Source of the DNA: Trichinella spiralis
Taxonomy: Eukaryota
Length of the DNA: 25,021 nucleotides
NCBI RefSeq assembly: GCF_000181795.1
Contig: NW_003526941.1
Coordinates: forward strand, 1,329,859-1,354,879
Direction of reading: 5' to 3'
Shown here: in pieces, positions 11,640 to 19,822 of the stretch
Layout: every line of letters begins with the position of its first letter
How positions within the stretch are numbered: position 1 is the stretch's first letter
Program-made: the position numbers and the translations under genes
The notes under the pieces: model-generated
What the model was told of the DNA's origin: nothing
The model's input: only the letters and a program-made list of their open reading frames with translations
The model's database searches: none

Positions 11640-13505
11640 TTTGAAATGCAGCAATTGCTAGAAATAGCTGAAATTGTTCATCGACTGACAATCACCTTAA
11701 TCTTTCAATGGAAAAGAAGTAGGTAAGAAGTTAATTTGCATCATATCTAATTTTACATTCTATATACATTTAATGTATATGAATAAGAAAGATTTTATTT
11801 CTTATTTCAGAATTCTTCTTCTTCTTCTTGATGATTTCTGTTGTATTAGTAGCAGCATTTTTTGCATATTAATTAATTTCCAGGTATAATAATTAAATTG
11901 CATATGCATATTGCAATTCTATTGCATATGCATATAGATTATTGAATTTCATATGTACTCGCAACGTATTGACATTTAATGTAAAGTAATTTGTTAGGGT
12001 TCGAATAATTTGCAGCGTTGTATAAATTTCATGTATGAATGAGTTGATACCAGTAATAAATTATGCAAATTTTTGAAAACCACCATTTCAATAAGAAATT
12101 GGGCTATTTTAACGATTGCAAGTTATATTTGCATAATGCATCTCTGAAATTTTACTGAGTCGACCGTTGAAATTTAATTAGTAATCTGTCGAGTTGTTGA
12201 AGCAGCAGTAGGAGGAAGGAGACCAGCGCTTTCTCCTCTCTGCACTAAGTGATCTACTTCATTCATGATGCTGTATATATTCTTTATGAAAGTAAATTTT
12301 ATTGCTCAGATATTTTTTACATAAATTCTTTTTTATGCAATCTATTTTCAGATATATTCAGGTGTTTTCGACTTGTTTTCATCAATTAAAAATTACAGTA
12401 AGCAATGAATTATTTTTCTTTTCAATTATTTAAAGAAACTATCATTTTCAATATGTTAAATTTGAGATATTTTGAATATAAATGATAATTTCTATTTTAC
12501 AGATTGTCGATCATCAAATCATTTTTTTATTTGTCCAAATATTTCAGTTTGTTAAATTGCTAATTTATTAAGTCCGCATAGTAATGTAATTTTGCATTCT
12601 ATGCAAACTAGCAAATAAAAACGTAATAAATTCTGTGATTTAATAAAACGATTTTACTGTACTTAGGCCTCCAGCAAGCTATTACTGAATGAAAAGAAGG
12701 TTGTTTCACTAGAGGCAAAGTAGTTTGCTAGTTGTATAACTCTTTTTCTAGAATGTCCTTCATTCATGCACTGGAATTCACTCAGTCGATGGTCACGGCA
12801 GCGCGTGGTTAACTCCACCATCGTCAATAGTGAAAAGATAAGTTTTTTTTTAATTATATGGCTGATATTCAATGCATGCTATTTGCATGACTTTGCAAAT
12901 TGAAACTAATGGATACTAATACGTGAAACTGATACGTAAATTTTATGATTTAAGAGAAATTAGCATCACTTACACCGGTGAAACTGAACGGAGGTAAGTA
13001 AAAAAGTAAAGAATCAAATGCACTGTTATTCGTTTTATCTAGTTGTTTCATAACAAACATTATTTTTATAATGTTATTCAGATCCTTGAATTCTCAAAGA
13101 ATTCGCTATCCCACTCGCTATTTGTCAAATGTGAAAAATGCTGTTAGACGACTATTTGCTTTAATTTCTCAATTTTTGTTTTGTAGGTTTTATTCTTATA
13201 AGAATATCGAGATTTCAGTTTCAGGTAAGTATTTTTTCTTTCTTTTTTGAATTAATTTTTAGATGAATTGTTTTAGAATTGGTGAAAAGTAACTGAAACA
13301 GTTTACGACTGAATCAAGAAGCTGTTTGTAACACGTTGAATTCAAGAGAGATCATCAAGTAAGTTTTTTTTACAACTGAAATTTTTTACTTCCTGATATG
13401 CTTGATGGAAATGATTTATTGAGAAGCACTAAATATTTTTAAACTCAGGTAAGTAATTTTTTAAGTGACTCCATTTTATGAATCATTCGACTCATTCCAA
13501 ATAGA
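11640..13505 (+). other. ORF-less region with repeated consensus splice sites (spliced non-coding transcript or decayed gene)
   Basis: Donors: AG|GTAAGA ~11723, GAG|GTAAGT ~12994, CAG|GTAAGT ~13225, CAA|GTAAGT ~13359, CAG|GTAAGT ~13449. Acceptors: TTTCAG 11810, TTTTCAG 12351, TTACAG 12502, TTCAG 13081, TTGTAG 13186, TTTTAG 13262. Several pairs are spaced at intron-like lengths. There is no + strand ORF of 60 aa or more. Confidence 0.4.
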
Positions 13506-13785
13506 GGGAACAGAAGAGAGTATGAGCATAAAGTGGAGGTGGAGAGGTGATAAGAGCATAAGTGGAGATCGGAGGATAGGATAGGATAAGATGGGGAGGA
13601 GAGTATACGTGGAGAGGAGATGAAGGAGAGTATAGGTGGAGTGGAGAGGAGATGGAGGAGAGTATAGGTGGAGTGGAGAGTATAGGTGGAGTGGAGAGTA
13701 TAGGTGGAGTGGAGAGTATAGGTGGAGAGGAGAGTATAGGTGGAGAGGAGAGTATAGGTGGAGAGGAGAGTATAGGTGGAGAGGA
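13504..13785 (+). repeat. Purine-rich minisatellite, 18-bp unit GGAG(T/A)GGAGAGTATAGGT, degenerating leftwards
   Basis: Near-perfect tandem units at ~13656-13784, with degenerate GA-rich copies at 13504-13655. Confidence 0.92.
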
Positions 13786-14230
13786 TATCCTTAGTCGTAG
13801 CCTCGGGCGATCCTAAAGGCGTAGCCTGAGGTGCACCTTAGGGCGTAGCCTGGGGCTATCTTTTTGAAAATTTGGAAAATTTTTAGAATTTATGAAAATT
13901 TTGCCGGAGGCATAGCCCCAAGCATAGCCTGAGGGCAAATATTTGCATATAATTTGCCTGAAGCATAGCCTGAAGGTAAATATTTTTTTGAAATTTGCCT
14001 GGAGCATAGCCTAAAGGCAAATGTTTTTTTAAATTTGCCTGAAGCGTAGCCTGGGGCGTAGCCTGCGGCTATTTTTTTGAAAATCTTGAAAAATTCTGGA
14101 ATTTACGGAAATTTTGCCGGAGGCATAGCCCCAAGCATAGCCTGAGGGCAAATATTTGCATATAATCTGCCTGAAGCATAGCCTTGGGCTTAGCCTGGGG
14201 GCAAATCCAAATATTGAAATATAGCTTGAG
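13785..14230. repeat. TAGCCT satellite array, copy 1 (~12-bp GC(A/G)TAGCCTGRR core, ~41-bp subunits, ~212-bp higher-order unit, about 2 units)
   Basis: The anchor GCCGGAGGCATAGCCCCAAGCATAGCCTGAGGGCAAATATTTGCAT recurs at 13903 and 14116. Subunits contain GGCAAAT...ATTTGCC inverted pairs. Confidence 0.92.
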
Positions 14231-14422
14231 GCATTGTTTAAGGTGAAGCGTATCCCTCTGATGCTACTTTCCGCATAGCTATACCACCTTTTCTGTCTTC
14301 TTCTCCCAACCTATGCTCCTCTCCTGTCCTCTCCTCACAACCTGTACTCCTCTCCTCCATTTCCTCCTCCAAAGGCTTGGCCTTCCATTAATGCTTCCAT
14401 TCCTCCTTCCTGAATTCCAGTT

Positions 14423-15215
14423 ACTTACCTTCTTTTCCAAATCTTTTTCCTTCATTTCCAATTCCTTACCCTGTCAAAATCTTTTCCTTACCTGGTGAGC
14501 AGATGTCTCTTTCTTCCAGTTCTTCTTTCTACTCTTCTCGATCTTCAGATTGTGATCTGAAACGTGACGTTCACAAAAGTATTTAGAACTTACCGCGACA
14601 GGAACGATGTTTACAGATGTTATTCCATTGCAGTCAGTTTCTTCAGGGACCTCCAAAATGTCATGCCTGAAAAACAGAAATAATTAGCTTAAATAATTAG
14701 TGTAAATATTACTTACTTTTGGTGACAGGGTGGTAATTCACACTTTGTGCATTCCCATTTTGTTTCTTCTTGCAGTGGATTGGTACTGTCAGATTCATAC
14801 TTACCTTCCTGTCCATATCTTCCTTTTCCTTCTTTTCTTCTACCAATTCCTCACCATATCAAAATCTTTTCCTTAGCTGGCGAGCAGATGTCTCTTCTTT
14901 CTTCCTCCTCTATTTCTAGTCTTCTCGATGTGATTGTGATCTGAAGTGTCGTTCACATTAGTAATACTTAAAACTTACCGCCCCTTGACACGGACGATGT
15001 CTTCTTGTTTACAGATGTTCATTGCAGTCAGTTTCTTCAGGGACCTTCACGATGCCATCTTGTTTAGCTACCGCCTGAAAAACAGTAATATAAAATTGAA
15101 TACCTTAAATAATTAAGTTAAATATTACTTACTTTTGGTGACAGGGAGACAATTCGCACTTTGTGCATTCCCATTGTTTCTCCTTGCAGTGCAATGGCGT
15201 TACTGTCTGTGAACA
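14423..15215. repeat. Internal diverged tandem duplication (~14423-14799 and ~14800-15215)
   Basis: Shared ordered blocks: ACTTACCTTC, AAAATCTTTT(T)CCTTA.CTGG.GAGCAGATGTCTCT, CAGTCAGTTTCTTCAGGGACCT, GCCTGAAAAACAG, AAATATTACTTACTTTTGGTGACAGGG, CACTTTGTGCATTCCCATT. Confidence 0.88.
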
Positions 15216-15905
15216 TGTCTATAAAATGAGCGGAATCAAATTTAGCTGTTTTCCAACTGACTACGTTCCTATTTATGAAATGAAACATTATCACCATTCA
15301 TGAAACATCTCTTGTTTTTCCGTTGCAGCCTCATGCTCCTCTTCAGGAGTGGATGTTGTAGTCTATAAACAGTTGTGCTTTAACGATGAGTAGATTTAAA
15401 TAGTACTTAATATTACTTAATTTTTATGACAGTCGAAGAATTGTTCTTCTTTACTGACCATTCCCGCTATCTTGTTTATCTTGCATATTTTATATTGTCG
15501 ATAGCATGCATGCCTGTAAAATTAGCGGAATTAAATTTAGTTACTTGCTGTCACGTACTTACTTATGAGGGAAAACATCATCGTCATGCATAAAACGTCC
15601 ATTACGTTTAGTGTAGAAATTAGCTAATCTAATTATCTACTTTCTGCTTGGTTTTTGCAGTTTCAATCTGGATGACTGTCTGTTCATTTGGAAGCCATTT
15701 TTTAGGTTGAGAATTTTCTTACCAATCATACGTTCGAACAGGGAACATTTCCAACGGTTGGAGTACCAAATGCAAGGGGTGTCAGGTACAAGGAAACGCG
15801 ATCCACAGTTTCTTCGCTTTGCTGGAAATTCAAACGTTTGAGGTAAATGAATTTTCTCTATTTATAATTGTCACTGATATCAGATTATATTGTCTTATTA
15901 TGGGT

Positions 15906-16858
15906 GTGAAATAGCCATATTGTAAAAGTTAATTGAAGACGAATGACAGTGCATCTGATTGTAATTTATATTCACACATACTAATCGTAAGTGCATTAAC
16001 TTACTTGTTAAATCATGTGCGTATGAAAATAATTCAGCGACGGGGTAAATGAAGATGCTGCTATTCGAGGATTTCTAAAATAAAATTACTTTATCAACTC
16101 AGTTAAAATTAAATATCCCTACCCTAATTAATTTCCATCAGTATACATGACGATAATTACTCATCTTCCATGTTTTAATCCAAATTTCAGAATATTAGTG
16201 AGCATAAATGTTTTCCGTACATGTTGTCTTCGTTCCCCCGTCTTAAATAGTCAGACATGTTGAATACTTCGAGCTAAGTAAAGGTAATGGTGATGAATTA
16301 AATCTGAAGTATTAAGCAGCAACCGGTTAATGTAAAGTATACGTACTGTTATTTATCTTCAGAGATAGAATTACTGTGTTGTAGCCTTTCCTTGAATGTT
16401 TTGCCTACAATTTCCAAGTTTTACATCGAGCGGACTTTCTTTTCATACCTGCGTGTTGTCTTTATTCTTTCCAGCATTTCAAACCTTCAACCGTTTCCAA
16501 TAATTCAACACTGGAAAAATAACTATGGAATAAGAATTAAATAACAAGCGTACGTTAATAGTATTTGAAAAAGAAACTCAGTTAATCGAAAATATACATA
16601 CCATTTTGCATTTTCGGTGGAATATGCTTTGTTGTTTTCTTTTCTTGAAAGTTCTATATTAATGTAAATTTCAATACGAGTGAAGCGAAACAAATTTTTT
16701 ACTTACATGTCGTCTTCTATCATCCGCCAAATTACGCGACCATTTACAATCATCGAAAAGAAATTCAAATTTAGGAATTTAAAACACATTGCTTGAATAT
16801 TAAAATCAGATGCACTGTCATTCGTCTTCAATTACATTTTATAATATGGCTATTTCAC
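15906..16858. repeat. 55-bp inverted repeat (arms 15906-15960 and 16804-16858)
   Basis: GTGAAATAGCCATATTGTAAAAGTTAATTGAAGACGAATGACAGTGCATCTGATT matches the reverse complement of the right arm at 52/55 positions. Confidence 0.93.
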
Positions 16859-19142
16859 TTTTACCTGGTCGTATTTATTAAAAGGATATACTACACAGTA
16901 TTGATTATAAAAATAATATTGTATTGCTTACATGCTTTCTATGTTCACTTGATTTTAAGTATGTAGAAATGTTGATCGGCTCTCTTTTCATTTTCAAAAA
17001 ACGATGTTGCAGTAATGCCTGTATTGGTACATTTCAGTATTAAATATCAAATCTAACATTAATTAGAAATTGTACTTATTGATATCGATCACACGTGTAC
17101 GCAGTATTCAAGTCATGTGAATTCTGAAACTAAAATACATTACTGTTGTCAATTGCTTCAGCGCATAACTTATAAGTACGTACTTGTTTCTCAGCAGCAT
17201 CTGTATTAAACACCAATGTAATATATTTCTAAGAACATTTTCATGTTAGTATGAAAAGATACTAAAAACCAATTAGTTGGTATTTAGTATATTTTGTTAA
17301 GTCATGCAATGGTAGTCATGCAACATCAAAATGCATTATCGAATAACATACCTCTTCATTATATATAATATTCAAGAGTGAAATTGTAATTCAGGACGTG
17401 CCGTTACGGCGACGCACGAAATAAGTAACCAAGAAAACTCGTGATACACTAAATAAGAATAAATTATATGACCGTGAGGTGAAATTTTGAAAGGTTGTGA
17501 ATGTATATAATATTGCCCTTGGTAGAACAAACTAATTTTCATTTAGTAATAACCCTATAGCATAAACCTATTTCAAAACGTTTGTTAACATTACTGTTAT
17601 GCCGAAGGATAATTTGCTTACATTCATGTAATTGTATGCAAAATACAATTTACATGAAAAACTATAGTATGAAAAAGTGAGGATGCGACGCTAAAATAAC
17701 GTAATTGCTTTCAGAAGTTACGAAACAAAACATGAGATTCAAGATACCGAATATAATGCGTAATGCTTTATATTACCCTCTAAAATATTTACTGATAAGA
17801 AGCATCTTTAAGTGAAAGAAAGTAACGGAAGGTTTCCAACGCTTCTGCGACGTTATGTATCTGTTGTCCATAAATTTCGAATGGGTACGTTTATCCTTTT
17901 ATTGCCCTTACAATAGTGTTTGAATCAGATTGTGTGAAAATACTAGTACTGGAGAAGTACGTTTCAAGGAATCGAAAAATATTACACAAATGCATGCAGT
18001 TTTTGCGAATACTACATACTGAAGTAAAAACTATATCCTATATTCAATACAATAGTGGCTACAGAAATATATAGAAATTCTACATGTTTAGAGAAATTTT
18101 CTCCAAACATAAGAATGATCAATCGGAGAGCAAATAAATGATGTCCATACCTGTTCCCACCGTCGTTGCCTACATATTATTCATTAAGGTGCAGCAGAAA
18201 TGACATGTATTGTAATTTTCAGAAAAAAAAGATAAGTATTAGAAAGAAGTTTGATAAATATGCATATCATATTACATTCTGAGCTTTCATCGAAGGTTCA
18301 GCAAGAGAAATGAAATGCATCATTCTGTGAGTAAGAAATTGTTTGAGGTAATGCATACAAACAACGTGAGTACAATTATTAAAAAGCAACTTACTTTTTA
18401 ATTTTCATAATTTTGAAGAGTTGACATGAACGGGCTTCATGAAGAAAGTTCTTCACACTGATAAAATGATGATGTAAATAACATTCCATTCATAGTCGAT
18501 ACAGCACAGAAGACTTGAGCTCTTTGCTTGACTAATATTCTTTCTCATAATAAACGATATGACCATAACGATGACATTTGGTAATGTGGGCCAAATTCAA
18601 CCTCAAGGGAATAGAGTAATGTTACATTGCCTTTGGTAGACTCTGCTAACTTTTACACAGGAGGAAATTAATCACATAAACACACGCAGAGGGAGAAATG
18701 CATTACTAAATGATGAATTGCAATTTGCTATTATCACAAACAGATGAATTGCAACATGAAATGTTACACCGTGAGTTTGTATTCCATTTGTAAATAACAT
18801 CAGTTATTATTTACATTTCAATACTGAAACAATTTACAGCAAAATAAAATGATATGAAAACGTAGGAAACCTGGAATGAAAAAAAAATAGAAGGCGAAAA
18901 GAGATGTAGAAGAATAAGCCAATATAAAGAATGTTTCATGTGGTGTATTCGTTGCTTCAAAAAATAGCTTTTAAAGAAAAGTTTAAAGAAAGTTAAATAC
19001 ATTGAATACATTTAAAGAAACTTACTGATAAAACACTTTCCTACGTATTAAAAAAGGCAGATGGCAACTTTAGAGGCCATTTATTTCGACACATACGCGT
19101 TTGTTTGCCGATGAAACTTTCCCAAAAGCCTAATTAATTTTT

Positions 19143-19152
19143 NNNNNNNNNN
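19143..19152. other. Assembly gap (10 N)
   Basis: Run of n at 19143-19152. Confidence 1.
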
Positions 19153-19773
19153 TATCCTGAATCGTAGCCTCAGGCGAGCCTAAAGGCGTAGCCTGGGGCT
19201 ATTTTTTTTGAAAATCTCGATAATCTTGAATTTACGAAAATTTTGCCGGAGGCATAGCCCCAAGCATAGCCTGAGGGCAAATATTTGCATATAATTTGCC
19301 TGAAGCATAGCCTGAAGGTAAATATTTTTTTGAAATTTGCCTGGAGCATAGCCTAAAGGCAAATGATTTTTAAATTTGCCTGAAGCGTAGCCTGGGGCGT
19401 AGCCTGCGGCTATTTTTTTGAAAATCTTGAAAAATTCTGGAATTTACGGAAATTTTGCCGGAGGCATAGCCCGAAGCATAGCCTGAGGGCAAATATTTGC
19501 ATATAATTTGCCTGAAGCATAGCCTGAAGGGAAATGTTTTTCAAAAATAGCCTGGGGCATAGCCTGAGGGTAAATATTTTTTTAATTTTGCCTGAAGCGT
19601 AGCCTGGGGCGTAGCCCGCGGCTATCTTTTTGAAAATCTCGAAAATTTTCACAAATTACGAAAAATTTGCCGGAGGCGTAGCCCGAAGCATAGCCTGAAG
19701 GCAAATATTTTGCCTGAAGCATAGCCTTGGGCTTAGCCTGGGGGCAAATCCAAATATTGAAATATAGCTTGAG
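19153..19773. repeat. TAGCCT satellite array, copy 2 (about 3 higher-order units)
   Basis: The same anchor GCCGGAGGC(A/G)TAGCC occurs at 19245, 19457 and 19669 (period 212). Confidence 0.92.
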
Positions 19774-19822
19774 GCATTGTTTAAGGTGAAGCGTATCCCT
19801 CTGATGCTACTTTCCGCATAGC

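Larger units (their letters stand above)
14280..18900 (-). pseudogene. Decayed multi-exon (micro-exon) gene of unknown family, copy 1
   Basis: Regularly spaced reverse-strand splice sites (CTTAC/CATAC/GTAC donors; CTGAAA/CTATA/CTAAA acceptors). Exons 17184-17228, 17076-17123, 16932-17018, 16865-16890, 16707-16814 and 16602-16653 join into 122 codons with a single stop. Flanking exons carry stops or frameshifts. Outer limits are approximate. Confidence 0.5.
13785..19083. repeat. ~5.3-kb unit, copy 1 of a direct duplication
   Basis: Colinear and near-identical to 19153-24574 (e.g. 14279 corresponds to 19822 and the ORF translations are identical). Shared sequence ends at GGCAACTTTAGAGGCCATTTA. 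Confidence 0.95.

Noticed and set aside
12663..12872. 69-aa minus-strand ORF
   Set aside because: Short, non-ATG start, no recognisable motif or supporting exon structure.
13785..14230. TAGCCT array as a CRISPR array
   Set aside because: The sequences between repeats are themselves repeated, the context is eukaryotic with introns, and no cas genes are present.
13813..14944. Short ORFs in the satellite and CT-rich tract (and their duplicates at 19180-20491)
   Set aside because: They are translations of low-complexity or tandem repeats that cross apparent introns; their recurrence reflects only the duplication.
15661..15842. Spliced + strand peptide FREHFQRLEYQMQGV(S/P)G resembling Helitron Rep motif 2 (E-x-Q-x-R-G-x-x-H-x-H)
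   Set aside because: The RG and the catalytic HUH histidines are absent and the frame stops soon after; too weak to call a Helitron.
15906..16858. MITE or DNA transposon call for the inverted-repeat-bounded segment
   Set aside because: No target-site duplication or known terminal motif, and the right arm is continuous with the surrounding exon-intron chain.
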